Below, one piece after another: positions 32,301 through 38,230 of a stretch of DNA of 64,000 nt (position 1 is the stretch's first letter; every line of letters starts with the position of its first letter). A program made the translations under genes and the position numbers. The notes beneath the pieces were generated by a model. That model saw only the letters and a program-made list of their open reading frames with translations. It made no database searches and was not told where the DNA came from. Source of the stretch: Myxococcota bacterium. GTDB taxonomy: Bacteria; Myxococcota_A; UBA796; SXON01. The stretch is taken from positions 94,198 to 158,197 of the forward strand of contig JAZKFH010000005.1 in assembly GCA_040386535.1 (NCBI GenBank). The letters run 5' to 3'.

Positions 32301-32582
32301 CTCCGACCCGTCGCGCGGCGGCGCCAGCGGCACCACGATCGCGCCCAGCCGCACGAGCCCCCAGAACAGCGGCACGAACGCTTCCGGATCCGCGACGAGC
32401 AGCAACACCGGCGCCCCCGGCCGCACCCCCGCCTCCCACGCGCCGCCGGCCGCACGACACGCCGCCTCCCGCACCGCCGGCCACGCGAGCGTGCCGCCCC
32501 CGACGAAGGTGATCCCGTGCGCGGGGTAGCGGGTCGCGGCGGCGTCGAGGAGCGCGTCGAGGCGCGCGGGCGGGCGGGGCAT
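23349..32582 (-). CDS. Hybrid PKS/NRPS megasynthase: FAAL-ACP-KS-KR-ACP-C-A-PCP-C-terminal reductase-like
   Basis: QFSSGST..PKG and WMPLFHDMGLIG (FAAL); LGGGSL; DTACSAS, EAHATGT, GHL (KS); TGASGGLG..YAAAN (KR); LGVDSI; HHSVVDAWS; FTSGSSGRPKG, NLYGSTE, YRTGD (A); FFALGGDS; HHLVADAWS; terminal TTGHG/GYGAIG/GCHAEA. Confidence 0.93.
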   Translation of the reverse strand: MPRPPARLDALLDAAATRYPAHGITFVGGGTLAWPAVREAACRAAGGAWEAGVRPGAPVLLLVADPEAFVPLFWGLVRLGAIVVPLAPPRDGSEAERGRIARVHAQLGGPVVSDLPVPGALDAAMLLAGPSREARGDAEVALLQFSSGSTRDPKGVVLTHANLLANVAQLAGRLPVGPDDVDLAWMPLFHDMGLIGCHLYPLSLGMRQVRMRADVAMGDPLVWLRAVATFGATTTATTNTALVRANRRLIATGERPDLTTLRFLFNGAEPIDPAVCRAFSRLTGLPEAAHAPMYGLAEAAVGVSATVDGLRTLPVGGRDRVDLGAPLPGVALRIVDARDEELPDGVAGAVQVAGPNVAAGYWRDDDATAALRCGEWIRTGDVGALVDGRLVLVGRDKDQLIVNGRNVPAHDVEALAEVVPGVRGAVATSDARAAGERVCVAVVLAEGAEPWRVLADVRRVVATGLGAEDVVAVPIDRIERTTSGKKRRVLVRASLEAGALDGAAPETVATVRRLWEEALRRPLADDALDATFRELGGGSLAAVDLLARVDARFGRAPDHRSLLVADGVRRMAAWLERSDPQGIVASAPPHADTAIAIIASACRLPGADAPADLAALVAGPTRIAPGSHGAREAGSHGSHGAGSQAGGWLADVATFDAARFGISADEAAAMDPQQRLFLTVAAEALERAGGAGAREGAGAQDRVGVYVGAGQQAYLETVLDALAEPDEQLPPGTLAGNLLSMLAGRVAHHLDLRGPALTVDTACSASLVAVHLACQALRAGECERAVAGGVNLNLGPALPRLFARAGALSPTGRCRPFAADADGTVLGEGAAAVVLKPLARARADGDRILGILRGSAVNNDGASLGVMAPNPAGQEAVIRAALAVARVDARDVTFVEAHATGTAVGDAVERGVLARCYPHGPPIGAVKGTIGHLLGAAGIAGLLRVVDTLGGGAIPGALGAVSSFGFGGTNAHVIVEGGPDREDRPVAAGAPRRHWLGDADATGWVHVVTRDVAGGLAWAPVTAPETPVHALRTGGRYLVTGASGGLGGALARWLARRWGARLVLLGRRPEADRLVGDVRRAGGDAVYLAGNLATEAPRLYEQALAAIVGGTTREADQGFDGVFHLAGGLDDAALAAKVAGAEAIGGARLFGAAKGFVVLFSSVSAVIPGLSAGIEGYAAANAALDRLARTQATHDGAGWMSVAWPPWAGVGLAAGHAAAFRARGIAPLAPARAFAALELALAAGAPNVVVLERPPTAGGALPADLRARVRALVAAAAGLAPDEVGDHDRVARLGVDSIAAVELVKALEGAVGRALPSTLVYEHDTVDAIVLALAGGAERRGGEGTGGAEEGERQGELLPSQQTFLVQRAFFPDVPGNVLLACTVHPPVARAVLVDALAVVAARHTSLATVFARGPRGWAEAPGLAPVVEWSMPELATIHARTFDLERGPLVRVYSDGARIVLDAHHSVVDAWSLQVVLRELLEVADGIERGTGAVPTPLGATWADAAAALRAVGSASGAASERYRDGVPPLPLPWEPASPGSGSGARAPSGPAFVREVLSEADTAGLVSAARAADVSLPALVLASYVERLWRWSGQHDVVVRVAQGRREVRVPDVTRIVGPFADSLPARVEVRPGEPLAALARRVARELATVGSQAGASALGVAALGSRGADDGPVGLTPAGFSFPLLPSPSRIGDRSIAEIHGASASGFTRLGLVAWVFDGRLHLSWNFLTSHLSPARVRGWAEEHVAALAAVARGSTGDAPSDQLHVRILAVAERVGDRVAVDGAEVVTYRTLARRSAALASHIVRFIGEPTEVPADLLDPTTAPPRIAVLASPSGDAIVAVLATLRAGAAWVGLDPSWPDARVAQVLAIAAPAVILAPPALLERARTFGVPVLAVGDEEAAEGPVRRGALAHVMFTSGSSGRPKGVAVGHAAVLAFLDWVGVVLGVTAEDRFVQTSSLSFGGCIRQMFAPLLAGGTVVPAPPHAMRDPAALLALLEAQRVTVFNAVPSVWMHLLDAAEQREADNRGAGAALPSVRWVLIGGEAVTAAYTRRWRAFFGDRHRLANLYGSTETIVNATWHEVVGEPAADEPLTPIGWPRAGLEVRLCEPGGMGLVGPGEVGEVVVSGAIAHGYLADPEQTARAFVALPGVGRAYRTGDLARRRADGAYVYVGRTDSQVQVRGNRVELGEIEAVLTGYPGVAHAAVVAPEGRIHARIEARPGVEVDGAAVRAWLAERLPVWMVPARVEVGGLVRSPAGKIDRRAIEASASAVAPSAPLLSTVAEAWRAVLRLPAAPLPDDDFFALGGDSVDVLDVVAHLREGGVVPPSPLAFYRARRLADVAALCAIEGAVVGAPVVVTPTVHTPADRWPLSPVQRGFWLAHQAGAPPVWTARVPLLGPLDADAFCLAVAALVERHPLLRIVEVDGSTQRVLPTRALAIPWEDLSALPEAARARALDARWDEARAARWDLATGPFLRLRVARLGPDRHALFLAAHHLVADAWSAWSMAGELLSLHDDFAAGRPARLPAVAATFDTEARRALAVRPDAWWDERLAGLAQAPAAAADLPARRVEVRVALDAPSWARLRRHARRHAHTPFVVVLAAFAEALAEVAPSPDLLVSVALAGREDPAMAGVVGPFATGLPLRFGARVDEAHVAATLDAALAHPSLVGVGAGMLARLGRYFLTWLDPAQMPGSATAVRADWANARTTFDAAGSGTEVLAAGLVGASDRDARGENDPGEGFRLDLSGGPLVTALAPAVERRLRARCRVDAALIVYPPDGVDLPMPSDAIRLETIDAAIGTSELVLLPIPAGRLHAADLPAALAAAVRHTDARVVALAGMLPALTGLGLRPLWEGGPQLTTGHGATVVAMLLTLEEVLARTGRSWPTLTVGFCGYGAIGRAVRDLVVHVLGPPARELRSDPRLAGADDDLLGADLILAATSGGVALDVAALRPGTIVIDDSFPRAFDDAAARARMEQHNDVLLVGGGQLDAGVLDRRSPFAAAAALRARYGARWLPGCHAEALLVASDARLGPTVGPVDVARALAVLAAVRAAGLRAAPLHLGAWELPEAVVAGVRG

Positions 32583-32850
32583 GGCGGCACGTATCGCACA
32601 ATCGAGCGCGCGAACTGCGTCGTTGCGCGTCCCCCGGCGCGGACGCCGGGGGCCGGTCCGCTCCAGGCTCGCCGCGGGGCGGCTCGGTCGGCCGCCCCCG
32701 AGCGGGCGCCCGGACCGGCGCCTCCGGCGCCGCCTTCCGCGCACCTCGCGCGGGGGCCGCGTGCTCGTCCACGACTATCCCCGCCGCGAGGACCACTCGC
32801 GACGAAGCTCGGCGCGGAGGCGGAGGGCGGCCAGCGGCCCCGGCGCCCAA

Positions 32851-32900
32851 ACCCGACTGATCTCGCCTCACTACCGCCACTGACGCCCGTTCTGTCGGGT
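32851..32900. repeat. 50-bp hairpin repeat H, copy 1
   Basis: ACCCGACTGATCTCGCCTCACTACCGCCACTGACGCCCGTTCTGTCGGGT. Confidence 0.9.
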
Positions 32901-32986
32901 CGGCAGCGGCGTCGCCCGCGAATTACCCGCCTTGGTCCGTCGGCGCCGCGCGAGCGCCGCCGACGAGGCCAAATCCCAACGCCAAA

Positions 32987-33036
32987 ACCCGACAGTTCTC
33001 GCGTCACGACCGCCACTGACGCCCGTTCTGTCGGGT
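32987..33036. repeat. 50-bp hairpin repeat H, copy 2
   Basis: ACCCGACAGTTCTCGCGTCACGACCGCCACTGACGCCCGTTCTGTCGGGT. Confidence 0.9.
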
Positions 33037-33048
33037 CGCGGCTGATGG

Positions 33049-33197
33049 AACGGGCGTCGGGCGGCCGACGCCCGCGGCGGTGCCTCGGCGCCGACAACGC
33101 TGGCGTGACGCCCGGCCCCTGCGTGGCGCCGACCGCCGCGTCAGGGCTCCTCTACCCGATCGCGACGTCGTAGCCGCGCATCCGCCCGCCCCGGTGA
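33049..33197. repeat. ~150-bp direct repeat B, copy 1
   Basis: AACGGGCGTCGGGCGGCCGACGCCCGCGGCGGTGCCTCGGCGCC...GATCGCGACGTCGTAGCC...GGTGA; about 90% identical by eye to 34086-34238. Confidence 0.9.
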
Positions 33198-33329
33198 GCG
33201 ATGGGGGTGAGCGATTAGGGTCAGGCCCCCTCCTTCGCGGCCGCCACCACGACATCGACTCCCACCGGGCCGATCCACGGTCGCCCACGGGCCCCGTGTC
33301 GTCGCGCCCACATCGACCGACGCCGCCAA

Positions 33330-33983
33330 CTACGGCACCACCACCACGCTGCTCGCCGCGAGCGCAGCGGCGAGTCCGGCCCGCTCGTCGAGCCACGGGC
33401 CCGGGTTCATCGAGAGGGCGTTCGACGCGTACCACCAGTCCGCGACCACCGTGACGGTCTTCCCGCCGAGGACGTAGGTGCTGTGGGTCTCGTCGCCGAG
33501 GCGGCCTTCGAGCACCTTGTACTTGCCGTCCACCGTCACCGTGGTGTTCCCGCTCGTGTTCGGCGTCACCGCCATCAGCAGCTGCTTCTTGCCCTGCTTG
33601 TCGCCCGCCACGTCGGCCTGCGTGCGCGCGCGCGCCCACATCACCGAGAGCCCCTGCTCGGTCATCGTCTTGGACCCCGCGGGCGCCGTGTAGTCGTAGA
33701 GGATGTCGAGGTTGCCGCCCTCCACGAGGATGCCCGCCTTCGCGACGGTCGCGCCGTTGCTCTCCAGCGTGGCGCGCTGCTGCGCGACGTACAGCTTCAC
33801 CGCGGCGACACACTCTTCCGTGGTCGGGAGCACCTCCTCCTTCTTGCCGCAGCCGACCGTGTCGGGCCACGCGTTGTGCATCCGCTGCACCACGTGGGTG
33901 GTGCCGCTCTTCACGTCGATGGTGATCGACGTCTCGGCGGAGTCGAAACACGCCGCGAGCAGGAGGAGCGGGAGGAAGCGCAT
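33330..33983 (-). CDS. Hypothetical lipoprotein
   Basis: MRFLPLLLLAAC lipobox; typical GC3-biased codons. Confidence 0.8.
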   Translation of the reverse strand: MRFLPLLLLAACFDSAETSITIDVKSGTTHVVQRMHNAWPDTVGCGKKEEVLPTTEECVAAVKLYVAQQRATLESNGATVAKAGILVEGGNLDILYDYTAPAGSKTMTEQGLSVMWARARTQADVAGDKQGKKQLLMAVTPNTSGNTTVTVDGKYKVLEGRLGDETHSTYVLGGKTVTVVADWWYASNALSMNPGPWLDERAGLAAALAASSVVVVP

Positions 33984-34085
33984 GGAGAATCCTGTGCTGG
34001 AGGTCGGGAGCGGCCGATACGGCAGCGGCATCCTACACGCGTCGCGGCGTGCAGGTGGGCGCGGCGCTCGTCGGGGCGGGGCGGC

Positions 34086-34238
34086 AACGGGCTTCGGGCG
34101 ACCGACGCCCGCGGCGGTGCCTCGGCGCCGGCAACGCGGGCGCGACGGTCGGCCCCCGCGTGGCGCCGACCGCCGCGCCAGGGCTCCTCCACCAGACGAT
34201 CGCGACGTCGTAGCCGTGCATCCGCCCGCCCTCGGTGA
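34086..34238. repeat. ~150-bp direct repeat B, copy 2
   Basis: AACGGGCTTCGGGCGACCGACGCCCGCGGCGGTGCCTCGGCGCC...GATCGCGACGTCGTAGCC...GGTGA. Confidence 0.9.
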
Positions 34239-34254
34239 CCCCCTCGCGTTCCAG

Positions 34255-34304
34255 ACCCGACAAATCTCGCGTCACGACCGGCAGTGACGCCCGTTCTGTC
34301 GGGT
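34255..34304. repeat. 50-bp hairpin repeat H, copy 3
   Basis: ACCCGACAAATCTCGCGTCACGACCGGCAGTGACGCCCGTTCTGTCGGGT. Confidence 0.9.
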
Positions 34305-34391
34305 CGTCGGGGCCATCGCTCCCGAATTGTCCGCCTTGGCCCGTCCGCGATTGCGCTGGCGACGCCGCGAATGCCCCCTCCCGGCCCCGAA

Positions 34392-34441
34392 ACCCGACAG
34401 ATCTCCCGTCACGACCGCCAGTGACGCCCGTTCTGTCGGGT
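34392..34441. repeat. 50-bp hairpin repeat H, copy 4
   Basis: ACCCGACAGATCTCCCGTCACGACCGCCAGTGACGCCCGTTCTGTCGGGT. Confidence 0.9.
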
Positions 34442-34625
34442 CATAGGCGGAGCCCCTCGTGCGCGAGACGCTCCTGGCCGGCGGCGAAGACCGCATCTCG
34501 GTCGTGACCGTCGCCCGACGGATCCTCACGGCGATCTCGCCCCGGGGCCGTGGCGGCGCCGCCTCGGCGACGGGCACCGCGGCCCACGCCGGTTGCCCAG
34601 ACAAATACCTACGCAACCAGACGAA

Positions 34626-34997
34626 CTACCGCGCGAGGTAGATCCGCTTCGTGCCGCCCTCCAGCACGTACATCGCCGAGTGTTCGGGGTCGACGATGGC
34701 GAGCAGCGCGTCGTAGTAGCCGCCGTTCTCGACACGGAACTCGTGCTCGGAGAGCCAGCGGCCGTCGAGCGCGGGGTTGGCCGCGATGTGGTACCGCGGC
34801 CGCGTCCCGCGCGCGAAGGTGGCGGCGCCGCCCTCCGCGACGATGAAGCGTGGGTCGAGCAGCCGCTCGAAGCGGGTCGGCAGCTTGTCGCGGACCCGGT
34901 CGCGGTCGTGCGGCGCCTCGAGCCAGCGGCGGAGCTTGGCGCGCTCCTCCCGCTTCACGAAGCTCGACACGAACAGCTCTTCGATGGTGGGATCCAG
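34626..34997 (-). CDS. Small hypothetical protein (possible CTG start)
   Basis: Good codon bias; AAGGAG lies 5 nt before an in-frame CTG at 34997; the first GTG is at 34970. Confidence 0.6.
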   Translation of the reverse strand: MDPTIEELFVSSFVKREERAKLRRWLEAPHDRDRVRDKLPTRFERLLDPRFIVAEGGAATFARGTRPRYHIAANPALDGRWLSEHEFRVENGGYYDALLAIVDPEHSAMYVLEGGTKRIYLAR

Positions 34998-35094
34998 GCT
35001 CGCTCCTTCCGACGTCGGCCCCGCCTATCCGGAATGCCTCCGCCGCGGTGTGCGCGCGCGGCCACGAGGCGTCGAACGCGGGTACGGTGGCCCC

Positions 35095-35904
35095 ATGCGT
35101 CCCCTTCCCGCGGTGGTCCTCGCGCTCGCCGCGGCGTGTACCGGCCGCCCGGCGTTCGTGTGCCCGGCGGCGCCGGTGGTCGGCGCCGAGCAGGTGCTGG
35201 CGCCCGGTCGCGTCGTGCTGCTCGGCGAGATGCACGGCACCACCGAGGCCCCCGACATCGCGGGGCGGCTCGCGTGCCAGGCGGCAGCGGCGGGCCACGC
35301 CGTGTCACTGGGCCTGGAGGTGCCGACCACGCTCCAACCCGCCTTGGACACGCCACCGAGGACCCTCGCCGCGGCCACCGCGCTGATGGCCGACCCGTTC
35401 TGGCTCCGCGCGGACCAGGACGGACGCAGCAGCGTTGCGATGCGCGATCTGATCCTGCGCGTCGGAGAATGGCGCACGGACGGAGCCGACATCACGCTGT
35501 TCGCGTTCGACATCGGCCGGGGTGAGCCGGGAGAGCGGGACGCGTGGATGGCCGAGCGGGTGCGGCGCGAGGCCAATCGCAGGCAGGAGGGCGTCGTCGT
35601 GGCGCTCGTCGGGAACATCCACCCCCGCCGCGGGCCCCATGCCGCGGAAGGCCTCGACTTCACCCCGATGGGCGCACACCTGGACGCGCTCGGGAGCCGA
35701 CTCGTGTCACTCGACCTCGCGCATTCCGGTGGCACCGCGTGGGCGTGCTACAGCGGCGAGGGATGCCAGAAGAAGCTCCTCGGGGGCAGGGATCGCGGTC
35801 CCACACAATTCGTGGAGCTGTTCGGCGAGCCAGACCGCCGCGGGTTCGACGGGAGCTACTACGTGGGGCCGATCGCGGCGTCGCCGCCGGCGCGGAGCCG
35901 ATAG
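35095..35904 (+). CDS. Lipoprotein of the EreA/ChaN/TIKI-like superfamily
   Basis: Lipobox LAAAC; LLGEMHGT, LGLE, RDAWMAE, LVGNIH motifs. Confidence 0.7.
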   Translation: MRPLPAVVLALAAACTGRPAFVCPAAPVVGAEQVLAPGRVVLLGEMHGTTEAPDIAGRLACQAAAAGHAVSLGLEVPTTLQPALDTPPRTLAAATALMADPFWLRADQDGRSSVAMRDLILRVGEWRTDGADITLFAFDIGRGEPGERDAWMAERVRREANRRQEGVVVALVGNIHPRRGPHAAEGLDFTPMGAHLDALGSRLVSLDLAHSGGTAWACYSGEGCQKKLLGGRDRGPTQFVELFGEPDRRGFDGSYYVGPIAASPPARSR

Positions 35905-35905
35905 G

Positions 35906-36766
35906 TCACCACGCGAACGCCAGCCCCACCCCGAGCCCCAACGACGCCACACCCGCCACCGCCCAGCCGACGGTCAGGCCGTTGGTCGTGTCGCGGAGCG
36001 CGGTCAGCTCGGCATCCGAGAGCCCGTTGTCCTCGTCCCGGAAGGTGGCGACGGAATTGGCCGCGACCCCGTAGAGCACGCCGGTGGTCACGATGGAGGC
36101 CGCGGTCAGCGCGATCATCGGCACCCGCGCTGGGCGACGGGCCGGGGCGGCGGACGGGAGCGCGCGCGTGGTGCGCTGAACCGGCGCCTTTGCCGAGAGG
36201 GTGGAGGGCGCGGCCCACGCCCCGAGGTCATCCCCCGGCCAGACGTAGCGGGTCTCCACCACGGCCCCCTGCCCGTCCACCTGTTGGATCACCGTCGCCC
36301 TGCCCGCGGGCGCCGCCGTGTGGGCCAACCCGTCGACCTCGAGCCACCCCGAATCCAACGTCACCAACGCACGGGAAGACGGCTCCCGCGCGAGGAGCCC
36401 GGCGTGGGAGAGCAGATCGCGGATCGGGTGCCCGGCGGGGTACAGCGCGAGGGACAGTTGGTAGCCGGGATCGGCGGACAGGAGCCCGGCCAACGCGGGG
36501 GCGATCCGACTGTCCTCCTTCTGGAGGAACGCGGCGGTCGCCATGACCCGGTGCACCGCGCCCACGGCGGGGCCGGAGAGCGGCTCGTTCACACACTCCA
36601 GCCGGCGGAGCAGCGTGTCACGCGCGGCGAAGAACCCCTCGGTGTCCATCTTGGTGACATTCAGGTCGGCAGACCCCACAACGTCCATCACGCCACGGGA
36701 GCTCCACGTCTGCGCGCACTCCGCGAGGGGGGCGGCGGCGGCGAGGGACGCGAGCGCGAGAAACAT
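35906..36766 (-). CDS. Exported hypothetical protein with C-terminal hydrophobic hairpin
   Basis: Signal peptide; two C-terminal hydrophobic segments ending FAW. Confidence 0.7.
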   Translation of the reverse strand: MFLALASLAAAAPLAECAQTWSSRGVMDVVGSADLNVTKMDTEGFFAARDTLLRRLECVNEPLSGPAVGAVHRVMATAAFLQKEDSRIAPALAGLLSADPGYQLSLALYPAGHPIRDLLSHAGLLAREPSSRALVTLDSGWLEVDGLAHTAAPAGRATVIQQVDGQGAVVETRYVWPGDDLGAWAAPSTLSAKAPVQRTTRALPSAAPARRPARVPMIALTAASIVTTGVLYGVAANSVATFRDEDNGLSDAELTALRDTTNGLTVGWAVAGVASLGLGVGLAFAW

Positions 36767-36814
36767 GGGGTCGGCCTCGTTTACAAGGTACCATGCGGGC
36801 CGCCCCGGGCGGCG

Positions 36815-38158
36815 CTAATCGTCGTTACGCACGATCACTGGATGCGCCACCGCCTCGTCCGGCGCCCACGTCTCGAGATCCACCGCGCCCTGCGACCGCG
36901 TGCGCAGATCGCGCACCTCGTGCTCGGCGCGCTCGGCGCCCGCCGGGAACCACACGTACGGGATGCCCTTGGCGTCGGCATACTCGATCTGCTTGCCCCA
37001 CTTGAGCGGGCGGTCGAACACCTCGGTGGCGATGCCACGCGCGCGCAGGGACTCGGCGGCGGCGCGGGCCTCGGGGCGGGCCTCCTCGGTGGCGAGGGCC
37101 ACGAGCACGCACGTGGGCGACTTGCGCGACATGTCGAGCTTGCCGCGCCCGAACAGCCGGCCGAGGATGCGGGAGAGGCCGATGGACACGCCGATGCCCG
37201 GGAGCTTGTCCTTGCCGACGGAGGCGAGGTTGTCGTACCGGCCGCCGGAGCAGACGGAGCCGAGCTGTTCGTGCCCCACCATGACACCCTCGTAGACGAC
37301 GCCCGTGTAGTAGTCGAGCCCGCGCGCGATGCGCAGGTTGGCGACCACGCGGCCGGCGGGCAGGCTCGCGGTCTCGCGCAGGACGAGCTCCATCTCGGAG
37401 AGGCCCTCCTGGAGCAGCGGATCGGAGTAGCCGAGCGCCTCGATGCGCCGCAGCACGGCGAGATCCGACCCGGAGATGCTGGCGAGGTCGAGGCACCGCT
37501 GCGCCGTGGCGGTCGGCAGGCCAGTGACCAATTCGAGCTCGGCGAGGGTCTTGGCGGGGCCGAGCTTGTCGAGCTTGTCCATCACGCGGAGGGTGGCGGA
37601 CAGGTCGGTGATGCCGAGCGCGCGGTAGAACCCTTCGAGGATCTTCCGGTTGTTCACCTGGATGGACACGGGCGGGATCGGCAGATCGTCGAGCACCTCG
37701 CGCATGAGCATGGTCATCTCGACGTCCCACCACACGGGCAGGTTGTTCAGGCCGATGACATCCGCGTCCGCCTGGTAGAACTCGCGGAACCGCCCGTCCT
37801 GCGGGCGCTCGCCGCGCCACACGCGCTGGATCTGGTAGCGCTTGAACGGGAAGGTCAGGTCGTTCTTGTGCTGGACGACGTAGCGCGCGAAGGGGATCGT
37901 GAGGTCGAAGTGCAGGCCGAGGCCGCTCGAGTCGGCCTCGTCCTCCGCGTGCAGGCGGCGCAGGACGTAGATCTCCTTGTCGGTCGCGCCCTTCTTCACG
38001 AGGGTCTCGAGCGGCTCGACGGAGCGGGTCTCGACGGGCACGTAGCCGTGCAGCTCGTAGCGGCGCCGGATGCGATCCATGAGGTCCTGCTCGACCATGC
38101 GCTGGTGCGGGAGCCACTCGGGAAAACCGGTGAGCGCGCCGACGGTGGGCTTTGCCAT
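36815..38158 (-). CDS. hisS: Histidine--tRNA ligase
   Basis: LHFDLTIP, VWRGERPQDGRFREFYQAD, RGLDYYTG, SGGRYDNL, GLSRI. Confidence 0.97.
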   Translation of the reverse strand: MAKPTVGALTGFPEWLPHQRMVEQDLMDRIRRRYELHGYVPVETRSVEPLETLVKKGATDKEIYVLRRLHAEDEADSSGLGLHFDLTIPFARYVVQHKNDLTFPFKRYQIQRVWRGERPQDGRFREFYQADADVIGLNNLPVWWDVEMTMLMREVLDDLPIPPVSIQVNNRKILEGFYRALGITDLSATLRVMDKLDKLGPAKTLAELELVTGLPTATAQRCLDLASISGSDLAVLRRIEALGYSDPLLQEGLSEMELVLRETASLPAGRVVANLRIARGLDYYTGVVYEGVMVGHEQLGSVCSGGRYDNLASVGKDKLPGIGVSIGLSRILGRLFGRGKLDMSRKSPTCVLVALATEEARPEARAAAESLRARGIATEVFDRPLKWGKQIEYADAKGIPYVWFPAGAERAEHEVRDLRTRSQGAVDLETWAPDEAVAHPVIVRNDD

Positions 38159-38230
38159 GGGATCCTTCCGGGGAGAGGGCCGGGGAGCTAACCCGCGTGG
38201 CGCACGGATGGCGATAAGCTCCCGCTCCCG

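Noticed and set aside
32851..34441. H repeats as a CRISPR array
   Set aside because: Only two pairs, 86-87 bp spacers that resemble each other, a gene in the middle, and no cas genes in the window
32851..34441. H repeats as integron attC sites
   Set aside because: No RYYYAAC/GTTRRRY ends at the hairpin termini and no intI gene in the window
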